DNA from: Limisphaerales bacterium | Lineage (GTDB): Bacteria; Verrucomicrobiota; Verrucomicrobiia; Limisphaerales; UBA11358 | DNA length: 24,983 bases | Direction: 5' to 3' | Assembly: GCA_003455565.1 (NCBI GenBank) | Contig: DMQW01000461.1 | Span: 1-24,983 of the forward strand | Shown: piece after piece, positions 1 to 7,725 of the stretch | How the letters are laid out: every line of letters starts with the position of its first letter | Numbering within the stretch: position 1 is the stretch's first letter | Notes under the pieces: model-generated | What the model was told of the DNA's origin: nothing | Databases searched by the model: none | The model's input: the letters and a program-made list of their open reading frames with translations, nothing else | Translations under genes and position numbers: made by a program

Positions 1-769
<769 letters not shown>

Positions 770-774
770 TTTTT

Positions 775-919
775 AACCACGGATGAACACGGATGCGGGG
801 AAAAAGACTTTGACGCGAATTGCGCGAATTAACGCGAATTAATTTTGAATTCGCGCAAATTAGCGGAATTCGCGTCAACCCGTTTTCGGATTCGTGTCTA
901 TTCGTGTCCATTGGTGGTT
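775..919. repeat. Nested inverted-repeat element built of ~10-nt units, filling the queE-aminotransferase intergenic space
   Basis: Outer arms AACCACGGATGAACACGGAT (775-794) and ATTCGTGTCT-ATTCGTGTCC-ATTGGTGGTT (890-919). Inner perfect 12-bp inverted repeat TTGACGCGAATT (810-821) / AATTCGCGTCAA (867-878) with repeated CGCGAATT units. Confidence 0.85.
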
Positions 920-1798
920 TCAAACGCCGCGCTGTTCCGGTGGCCAGATGATTTTGTGCTGCTGGATTTGAAAACGGACGGGCAGGGCGTCGGCGATGAT
1001 TTTTTCCGCGAGTTCGCGGCGCGAAATCGGCGTGAGGCCGGCGGGAACTTTTTTGAGCGCCTTGCTCTGCTGTTCCGGCGCGAGCGGATGCACCCAGGAA
1101 AACAGCAGCGGACAAATGGAATCCAGTTTGTGCGCGGCGATCTGCTGTTTGGCCCATTCGTAATCTTCAACCGTGCCGATGACGAATTTGATTTCGTCGG
1201 TGGCTTTCAGGTGCGCGATGTTTTCAAAACAATTGCGCGCGACTTCGCCGCTGGCGGGGCATTTCAAATCCATGATGCGGCGGACGCGCGGGTCAATTTT
1301 TGAAATGTCATGCGCGCCGCTGGTTTCAATCAAAACGGTGAAACCGTCGTCGCAGAGCAATTTCATCAGCGGCAGAGAATTTTTCTGGAGCAACGGTTCG
1401 CCGCCGGTGAGTTCCACAAGCGGGAGGCGCAAAATCTCATTAACACCGGGCTTCAGCCCGGTGATAGACGCCGCTCCGCCTGCAACCGCTTCAGCGGTTG
1501 GTCCGATGCGGAAAGCCGTTGAAACGGCTGGGGATCGCTCCGTTCGCGCTGTCACCGGGCTGAAGCCCGGTGTTAAGGAGAGGTGTTTGCCGTGAAATGG
1601 GCCGGCCCGTCGCCGAACTCCTTTCAAGATTTCCGCGAGCGTTCTTTTTTTACCTTCGGTGAAGGCATACGCGGTGTCGCAATACGAGCAGCGCAGATCG
1701 CAGGCGGTGAGCCGGATGAAAACGCACGGCAGCCCGGCAAAGGTGCTTTCGCCTTGCAGGCTCAAATAAATTTCGTTGACGACGAGCGTGTCGGACAC
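920..1798 (-). CDS. queE: 7-carboxy-7-deazaguanine synthase QueE-like radical SAM protein with an in-frame 49-aa repeat-derived insert
   Basis: NEIYLSLQGES, FIRLTACDLRCSYCDT (CxxxCxxC), LTGGEPLLQ, IETSG, MDLKCP, QIQQHKIIW. Start moved from 1825 (TTG) to GTG 1798 to match the usual N-terminus and a -10 box 6 nt upstream. Confidence 0.88.
   Translation of the reverse strand: MSDTLVVNEIYLSLQGESTFAGLPCVFIRLTACDLRCSYCDTAYAFTEGKKRTLAEILKGVRRRAGPFHGKHLSLTPGFSPVTARTERSPAVSTAFRIGPTAEAVAGGAASITGLKPGVNEILRLPLVELTGGEPLLQKNSLPLMKLLCDDGFTVLIETSGAHDISKIDPRVRRIMDLKCPASGEVARNCFENIAHLKATDEIKFVIGTVEDYEWAKQQIAAHKLDSICPLLFSWVHPLAPEQQSKALKKVPAGLTPISRRELAEKIIADALPVRFQIQQHKIIWPPEQRGV
1435..1581. mobile_element. 147-nt MITE/REP-like palindromic element inside queE
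   Basis: 25-bp perfect terminal inverted repeats (1440-1464 / 1552-1576), 29/30 when extended to 1435/1581. Each arm is itself a hairpin. Two internal hairpins at 1483-1500 and 1514-1529. Mobility is inferred, not shown. Confidence 0.8.
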
Positions 1799-1804
1799 AC
1801 GGGC

Positions 1805-1810
1805 AGTGTA
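1805..1810 (-). promoter_or_regulatory. Putative -10 box (TACACT) 6 nt upstream of the queE GTG
   Basis: Minus strand reads TACACT-gcccgt-GTG TCC GAC. No Shine-Dalgarno sequence and no clear -35. Confidence 0.5.
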
Positions 1811-1899
1811 GCGGGTCGGCGGCAAAAGGGAATATGCACCTTTGATTTCCAGGCAGGATAAGCTATGGTTGGCTTGGAAAATTCCCTTTAATCAGAAAC

Positions 1900-3486
1900 A
1901 TGAGCAACCTGTTGAAACGAAAAACCGCGCTGGTTTTCATTTTTATTCTGTTTTTCAGCGTAGTGGTTCAAGCTGCGAGCCTCGACACCATCGGCGTCAC
2001 GTTGTTGCGAGCAGTGACGACCAACCTTAATGGTGCGGGCATCAGTGTCGGACAGGCGGAGGCGGGATACGAATCGGCGACCAATTGGCAGGTCAATCCG
2101 GGCGCCGTCGGTCAACCAAGCAGTCTGTTCACTTATTTCTACGGCACGCCGCCTTATGTGCTGGTGAGCAGCGCAAACACTTATCCCAACTCGCTGGGCG
2201 GGCCATCGGGACACGCCAACAATGTGGCGGGAAATTATTTTGGCAGGTCCGGTGGCGTGGCCACGAATGTGGCGCAGGTGAACAATTACGAGGCGGACAC
2301 CTTCATCAACCACTACATCAGTCTGGGGAACACGATTTCCGAACGCGTGGTGAACCAGAGTTTCACTTACGGCACAAACGACGCGAGCGCGGATCAAAGT
2401 TATGACAATTATGCGGCGGCGAACAACGTGCTTTTTGTCAGCGGCGCGGGATTCAACGGCCAGCAGGTTTATTCACCGGCCACCTGCTACAATGGGATCG
2501 GCGTAGGCGTTTCCGATAATTCCAGCACGCCTTACGGGCCGACGCCTGATGGCCGGAGCAAACCGGACATCGTCGCACCCGGTTCGCCAGACACCGTCAC
2601 GAGCTATACCACGCCGCTGGTCTCGGGTGCGGCGGCGTTGCTGATGCAGGCCGGATTGCGCGGTGATGGGGGCAGCGACACCAGTGCAGCCGTGGATATC
2701 CGCACCTTGAAAGCGTTGCTGTTGAACGGCGCCATCAAGCCGGCGGGCTGGACGAATTCCCCCGCTACTCCGCTTCATCCGCTTTATGGCGCGGGCGTAT
2801 TGAACGTGTTCAATTCCTATAAACAACTGGCGGGCGGCAAACGCAGTTACATCGTTTCTACAAGCGTTGCCACCGGCAATCCGCATCCGCCCACCGGCGC
2901 GACCGGCACCGTGAGCGTGTTGAGCGGCTGGGATTTCAACACGCTTTCCAGCAGCGTTCCGAATGACAAGATGAACCATTATTATTTCAACGTCACGAGT
3001 GGCGCCAGCAATGCGCCGTTCACCGTCACGGCCACGCTCGTCTGGAATCGCCAGCAAAACCAGAGCGGCATCAACAACCTCGATCTGTTTTTGTATGACA
3101 CCGCCAACAGCAATCTGGTCGCGTGCAGCACGAGCCTCGTGGACAACGTCGAACACATCTTCGTGCCGAAGCTCGCGCCAGGCCGTTACGATTTGCAGGT
3201 CTGGAAAGCGGGCGGGATTGGCACCGTCAGTAGTTCGGAAACCTACGCGCTGGCGTGGGCGTTTGTCGCGCCGACGTTGAGCATTGCAAAATCCGCCACG
3301 AACATTGCCTTGACGTGGCCGGTTTATCCGGCGGGTTTTCGTGTTGAAGCGGCGACGAATCTGGTATCGCCCGTCTGGAGCACCAACAATCTTTCGTCGC
3401 CCGTCATCACGAACAGCCTGAACAGCCTGATGCTGAATGCGACGAATGCCCAACAATTTTTCCGCCTGCGCCAGCCGGATTTTTGA
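1900..3486 (+). CDS. Secreted S8 subtilisin-like peptidase with atypical catalytic residues, a beta-rich middle domain and a C-terminal FFRL domain
   Basis: Signal peptide (KRK, hydrophobic stretch, VQA). Motifs GAGISVGQAE, GHANNVAG, VVNQSF, GRSKPDIVAPG, TSYTTPLVSGAAALL, LKALLLNGA, YGAGVLN, TLVW...LDLFL. Confidence 0.85.
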   Translation: MSNLLKRKTALVFIFILFFSVVVQAASLDTIGVTLLRAVTTNLNGAGISVGQAEAGYESATNWQVNPGAVGQPSSLFTYFYGTPPYVLVSSANTYPNSLGGPSGHANNVAGNYFGRSGGVATNVAQVNNYEADTFINHYISLGNTISERVVNQSFTYGTNDASADQSYDNYAAANNVLFVSGAGFNGQQVYSPATCYNGIGVGVSDNSSTPYGPTPDGRSKPDIVAPGSPDTVTSYTTPLVSGAAALLMQAGLRGDGGSDTSAAVDIRTLKALLLNGAIKPAGWTNSPATPLHPLYGAGVLNVFNSYKQLAGGKRSYIVSTSVATGNPHPPTGATGTVSVLSGWDFNTLSSSVPNDKMNHYYFNVTSGASNAPFTVTATLVWNRQQNQSGINNLDLFLYDTANSNLVACSTSLVDNVEHIFVPKLAPGRYDLQVWKAGGIGTVSSSETYALAWAFVAPTLSIAKSATNIALTWPVYPAGFRVEAATNLVSPVWSTNNLSSPVITNSLNSLMLNATNAQQFFRLRQPDF

Positions 3487-4300
3487 GCGTATCCAGCGAA
3501 ACCTGGCCGAGTGCGAAATGGTTTCCGATGCGATAACTATCGGCGATGGCTGACGTGACGAAATGTTTTCCCAGCTCGACCGCGTGCGGCAAATTATGGC
3601 CGAGCGCGAGCGCGGCGCAAATCGCGGCGGAATAAGTGCAGCCGGTGCCGTGCGTGCGGACGCCTTTGACGAACGGGGCGGATAAGAGCAGTTCCGTCTC
3701 GCCGTCAAAAAAAATGTCCACGGCCTCGGTGAAATTTTTCAAGTGACCGCCTTTCAATAAAACCGCGCAGCCGAAGCGCGAAAAAATTTCCCGCGCCGCG
3801 CCGCGCATGGCTTCAATGGAAGAAATTTTTTGTCCGGCCAGAATTTCTGCCTCATCCAAATTTGGGGTGACGAGCGCGGCGAGCGGCAAAAGTTTTTCCG
3901 TGAGAATTTTTATTGCCGCCGGTTCCAGCAGTTTTGCGCCGCTGGTGGAAATCATCAGCGGATCAACGATGAGTTTTAAGTTTTTAGTTTTTAATTTTAA
4001 GTTGCGGAAAAAATCTGCGACGACGGAAATATTTTTTGCCGAGAACAACATTCCGGTTTTTACCGCCGCCGGATTCAATTCTTCAAACACCGCTTCAAGC
4101 TGTTGCCGCAACATTTTCGGCGAACACGGTTCAACGGCAAGCACGCGCTTGGGATTTTGCGCGGTGAGGCAGGCGATGACGCTCGCGCCGTGGACACCGA
4201 GCGCGACGAAAGTTTTCAGGTCGGCTTGGATGCCTGCGCCGCCGCCGCTGTCGGAACCGGCGATGGTGAGGGCGACGGGCAATTTTTTTCTCTTGATCAT
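3407..4300 (-). CDS. thiD: Hydroxymethylpyrimidine/phosphomethylpyrimidine kinase
   Basis: [56 protein letters not shown]. Confidence 0.95.
   Translation of the reverse strand: MIKRKKLPVALTIAGSDSGGGAGIQADLKTFVALGVHGASVIACLTAQNPKRVLAVEPCSPKMLRQQLEAVFEELNPAAVKTGMLFSAKNISVVADFFRNLKLKTKNLKLIVDPLMISTSGAKLLEPAAIKILTEKLLPLAALVTPNLDEAEILAGQKISSIEAMRGAAREIFSRFGCAVLLKGGHLKNFTEAVDIFFDGETELLLSAPFVKGVRTHGTGCTYSAAICAALALGHNLPHAVELGKHFVTSAIADSYRIGNHFALGQVSLDTLKNPAGAGGKIVGHSSHSASGCSGCS
3974..4001 (+). repeat. Degenerate heptamer tandem repeat x4 inside thiD (encodes [10 protein letters not shown])
   Basis: TTTTAAG TTTTTAG TTTTTAA TTTTAAG. Confidence 0.8.
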
Positions 4301-4362
4301 AATCTTAATCGCAACCTAATCCCGACCTGACGGAGCGATTAAGATTAAGATTAGGATTAAGA
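4291..4362. repeat. Inverted pair of hexamer (GATTAA-like) tandem arrays overlapping the thiD start codon
   Basis: Perfect 12-bp inverted repeat AATCTTAATCGC (4301-4312) / GCGATTAAGATT (4335-4346). The right array continues AAGATT AGGATT AAGA. Confidence 0.85.
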
Positions 4363-4378
4363 ACGCGAAGAAACAAAT

Positions 4379-4406
4379 TTGAACTTTCCAAATTGCACAT
4401 CATATT
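4379..4406 (+). promoter_or_regulatory. Putative sigma70 promoter for polX, leaderless spacing
   Basis: TTGAAC-16-CATATT-6-ATG(4413). Confidence 0.45.
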
Positions 4407-4412
4407 TGGCGC

Positions 4413-6155
4413 ATGGACAAAGATAAGGTCGCAGAGATTTTGATGGAGATCGGCGTGCTGCTGGAATTGAAAGGTGAAAATCCATTCAAGACGCGGGCTT
4501 ATGTCAACGCGGCGCGGACGTTGGAAGGTTTGCGCGAGCCGCTGGCAACGCTCGTCGCGGAAAAGCGGCTCGGCGAAATCAAGGGCATCGGCGAGGCGCT
4601 GGAACAAAAAATCACGGAACTCGTCGAAACGGAAAAATTGAAATACTACGACGAGTTGAAGGCTTCGATTCCGCCCGGCTTGATCAAGATGCTGGAAATT
4701 TCCGGGCTGGGGCCGAAGAAAATCCAGGCGTTGAACAAAAAGCTCGGCGTGGATTCCATTGAAAAACTTGAAGCGGCTTGCAAGGCGGGCAAAGTGGCGG
4801 AACTGGACGGCTTCGGTGATAAAACGCAGGCGAACATTTTGGAAGGCATCGAACGCAAGCGGACTTACGCGAGCAAACATTTGTTGAGTCAGGCGTTGCG
4901 CGCGGCGGAACCGCTGCTCGAAAATTTGCGCGAACATCCGGCGGTGATTCGTTGCAGCCCGGCGGGCAGTTTGCGTCGGTTCAAGGAAATTTGCGGCGAC
5001 ATTGATTTGCTGGCGTCGTCGAAGAAACCGGCGTCGGTGATTGAGTTTTTTGTTTCGCAGCCAGGTATCGTCAAAGTCATTGCGAAAGGTGAAACGAAGG
5101 CGAGCGTGATTTTAGCAGGCGGAATTCAATGCGATTTGCGCGTGGTGAGCGACGCGGAATTTCCGTTTGCGCTGGCGTATTTCACCGGCAGCAAGGAACA
5201 CAACATCGTGATGCGGCAACGGGCGATTCAGCGCGGGCTGCGGCTGAATGAATATGGTTTGTTCAAATCGAAAGAGGAGACGCGCGATGCGAAATTGCTC
5301 GTGCCGTGCCAGGACGAGGCGGAGATTTTTCAGAAATTGGATCTGGTGTTTGTGCCGCCGGAATTGCGCGAGGATCACGGCGAATTTTTGGCGGCGGAGA
5401 AAAATAATCTGCCGAAATTGATCGAGTGGACGGATTTGAAAGGCGCGCTGCACAATCACTCGAACTGGAGCGACGGCAAAAACACGCTCGAAGAAATCGC
5501 GGCCTACATGGAAGAATTGGGACTCGAATACTGGGCGATCACGGATCATTCAAAGTCGTCGTTTCAGGCGAACGGGCTGGATGCGAAACGGCTGCGGGAA
5601 CAAATTTTGGAGATTAAAAAAATTAACGAGAAGTTTGCGGCGCGCGGCAGCGACTTTAGATTATTGACCGGCAGCGAGGTGGACATTTTGAAAGACCGGC
5701 TGGATTTCGACAACGAGTTGCTGGCGGAATTGGACGTGGTCGTGGCCAGTTTGCATGTGCCGTCGAGCAACGAGGCGGAAAACACGAAGCGGCTGATTCG
5801 CGCGGTGGAAAATCCGTTCGTCCATATCATCGGTCACCTGACGGGCCGGCTGCTTTTGGAGCGCGAGCCGTATCCGGTGAATGTGCCGGCGGTGATTGAT
5901 GCGTGCGCCGCGACGGGGACGTGGCTTGAACTGAATTGCAATCCGCACCGGTTCGATTTGGACTGGCGGCACTGGCCTTATGCGAAAAGCAAAGGCGTGA
6001 AGTGCGTCATCAATCCCGACGCACACCGCAATGAACACGCGGGTTTTCTGCGGTTGGGCGCGGGGATCGCACGCAAAGGCTGGCTGGAAAAGGCGGATGT
6101 GGTGAACTGTTTGGGCCGGCAAAAATTATCGAAAGAATTGCAACGCAACGGGTGA
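4413..6155 (+). CDS. polX: DNA polymerase X family protein with C-terminal PHP domain
   Basis: NPFKTRAY, HhH motifs (KGIGE, GLGPKK), AGSLRR, GDIDLL and CDLRV catalytic aspartates, YFTGSKEHN. PHP motifs LHNHS..SDG, TDHS, GSEVD, GHLTGR, PDAH. Confidence 0.96.
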   Translation: MDKDKVAEILMEIGVLLELKGENPFKTRAYVNAARTLEGLREPLATLVAEKRLGEIKGIGEALEQKITELVETEKLKYYDELKASIPPGLIKMLEISGLGPKKIQALNKKLGVDSIEKLEAACKAGKVAELDGFGDKTQANILEGIERKRTYASKHLLSQALRAAEPLLENLREHPAVIRCSPAGSLRRFKEICGDIDLLASSKKPASVIEFFVSQPGIVKVIAKGETKASVILAGGIQCDLRVVSDAEFPFALAYFTGSKEHNIVMRQRAIQRGLRLNEYGLFKSKEETRDAKLLVPCQDEAEIFQKLDLVFVPPELREDHGEFLAAEKNNLPKLIEWTDLKGALHNHSNWSDGKNTLEEIAAYMEELGLEYWAITDHSKSSFQANGLDAKRLREQILEIKKINEKFAARGSDFRLLTGSEVDILKDRLDFDNELLAELDVVVASLHVPSSNEAENTKRLIRAVENPFVHIIGHLTGRLLLEREPYPVNVPAVIDACAATGTWLELNCNPHRFDLDWRHWPYAKSKGVKCVINPDAHRNEHAGFLRLGAGIARKGWLEKADVVNCLGRQKLSKELQRNG

Positions 6156-6238
6156 CGGAATGGAAACGTAGAAGTGTCAAATGTCAAATTCACGTTATTA
6201 TGGTGATGTTGGCGGTGAATAAGATATGAAAAAAAGCT

Positions 6239-6268
6239 TTGACGGACAGCTTGCAGTCTTGTTAGATT
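6239..6268 (+). promoter_or_regulatory. Putative sigma70 promoter of the polysaccharide export operon
   Basis: TTGACG-18-TAGATT with an extended TGn immediately before the -10 box. Confidence 0.55.
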
Positions 6269-6326
6269 GGCCGGAGTAATCGGCTGAGGCGCTTTTTTTG
6301 AATGAAATGTGGTGCCTGTAGTCCAA

Positions 6327-6348
6327 GTTAAAAGTCTGTTAAAAGTCT
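6327..6348 (+). repeat. Perfect tandem 11-mer GTTAAAAGTCT x2 in the operon leader
   Basis: 6327-6337 and 6338-6348 are identical. Confidence 0.85.
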
Positions 6349-6375
6349 AGATATGTTATGAAAAAAATATTTGCT

Positions 6376-7644
6376 ATGAAAAAAATATTTATCTCTGCCG
6401 GGCTGGCGGCGGTTAGCGCCGCTGGATTTGAAACTGTTTTTGCGGCAGCGCCGGATGCGCTTTCGCCAAAGGATTGGAACGTGTCGGGGACGCTGCGTGG
6501 GTTTTATGATGACAATTACGCGGTGGGCGGTAATCAAAAGGGCAGTTTTGGTCTGGAGGTTTTGCCGACAATTTCTCTCAATGTTCCCTTGCAGCAGACC
6601 GAATTTGGTTTGCGCTACACTTACGGTCTTTTCTATTACCAACAGCGGCAAGATATGGGGGTTGACGCGTTTGACCAGACGCATCAGATGGAATTATGGC
6701 TGGATCATGCGTTCAATGAGCGCTGGCGGGCAAATGTCACCGATTCATTTGCGATTGGTCAGGAACCGCAATTGTTGGATCCCCAACAATCGGTTCCATA
6801 CCGTATTGAGGGCGATAACATGGCCAACCACGCCAACTTCACTTTGAACACGGAATGGACGCGCCTGTTGAGCACCGCGTTCCATTACGGAAATGATTTC
6901 TACGACTATCAAAACAGCGGGGGAAATGCAAGCGCTCCCAGCTATGCGGGGATTCTGAATCGGGATGAGCAAAACGTGTCGCTGGATTTCCAGTGGACCA
7001 TCCAGCCGGAGACCATGGCCTTTATTGGATATAATTTTAATCTGGTGAATTACACCGGAGGCGAGCAGATAGCGGTTGATCTCAACGGGGTGCCCTACAT
7101 GAGCGATTCGCGCGATCTCATGTCGCACACCGCTTACGTTGGCGTCAACCATCAGTTCACGGCCAATATCAGCGGTATGGTGAAGGGCGGTGTGACCTAC
7201 ACGGACAGCTATAACGATTCTCGCAATTCCACGTCCTTGTCGCCCTACGCGGATTTGTCAGTCAGCTACACCTACATTCCCGGCAGTTATGTTCAGGTTG
7301 GTTTGACGCACCAAATCAATGCGACGGATGTGGTGTCGCCAGGTTTAGACGGCAGCCTTACGCAGAATCAGGAAAGCACGGTGGTTTACGCAGACATCAA
7401 CCACCGGTTCACGCCCAAACTGCTCGGGACGGTAATCGGACGTTTTTCGAGTTCAACTTTTAATGGTGGTGCCTACAACAATTCTTCCGACGAGGCTTAT
7501 GGTTTGGGAATCAACCTGAACTACCAGATCAACCGGCATTTTTCTACCGATCTCGGTTACAACTATGATGATCTTGTGTCCGGAATTGCCGGTCGCAGCT
7601 ATGATCGCAACCGGGTTTACATCGGTCTGACCGCAAAGTATTGA
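6376..7644 (+). CDS. Outer-membrane beta-barrel protein of polysaccharide export loci (BBP2/EpsX/VpsM-like)
   Basis: Signal peptide, alternating aromatic/hydrophobic beta-strand pattern throughout, C-terminal NRVYIGLTAKY, position directly upstream of wzc and an OPX gene. Alternative start at 6358 (duplicated MKKIF). Confidence 0.8.
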   Translation: MKKIFISAGLAAVSAAGFETVFAAAPDALSPKDWNVSGTLRGFYDDNYAVGGNQKGSFGLEVLPTISLNVPLQQTEFGLRYTYGLFYYQQRQDMGVDAFDQTHQMELWLDHAFNERWRANVTDSFAIGQEPQLLDPQQSVPYRIEGDNMANHANFTLNTEWTRLLSTAFHYGNDFYDYQNSGGNASAPSYAGILNRDEQNVSLDFQWTIQPETMAFIGYNFNLVNYTGGEQIAVDLNGVPYMSDSRDLMSHTAYVGVNHQFTANISGMVKGGVTYTDSYNDSRNSTSLSPYADLSVSYTYIPGSYVQVGLTHQINATDVVSPGLDGSLTQNQESTVVYADINHRFTPKLLGTVIGRFSSSTFNGGAYNNSSDEAYGLGINLNYQINRHFSTDLGYNYDDLVSGIAGRSYDRNRVYIGLTAKY

Positions 7645-7681
7645 GGGATGGTTGACAACATCATGGTTTGAACATAAAGCA

Positions 7682-7720
7682 GGGAGCCGAGTCTAAAACG
7701 GGCTCCCGCTTTCATTTTTT
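7682..7720 (+). terminator. Possible weak terminator or stabilising hairpin between the beta-barrel gene and wzc
   Basis: GGGAGCC (7682-7688) / GGCTCCC (7701-7707), 12-nt loop, followed by gctttcatttttt. Confidence 0.3.
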
Positions 7721-7725
7721 ACGAT

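Noticed and set aside
775-1581. Repeats as a CRISPR array
   Set aside because: There are no regularly spaced identical direct repeats with unique spacers, and no cas genes.
1799-1899. preQ1 riboswitch upstream of queE
   Set aside because: No preQ1 stem-loop plus A-rich tail pattern, and the promoter spacing suggests no leader.
2473-3708. 411-aa minus-strand ORF
   Set aside because: Antisense to the S8 peptidase, Arg/Ala-rich with no motifs; a typical GC-rich shadow frame.
4301-4412. TPP riboswitch upstream of thiD
   Set aside because: The CTGAGA and related conserved TPP segments are absent; the space is taken by a hexamer repeat.
5440-6155. PolX PHP domain as the missing Wzc phosphatase (CpsB-type enzymes are PHP-fold)
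   Set aside because: It is the standard PolX-fused PHP domain, and a separate promoter lies between polX and the export operon. Adjacency alone is not evidence.
6226-6279. 17-aa ORF MKKSFDGQLAVLLDWPE as a leader peptide
   Set aside because: It starts upstream of and runs through the predicted promoter, with no attenuator features.
6270-6357. ops/JUMPStart antitermination element
   Set aside because: No GGCGGTAG-like sequence is present.
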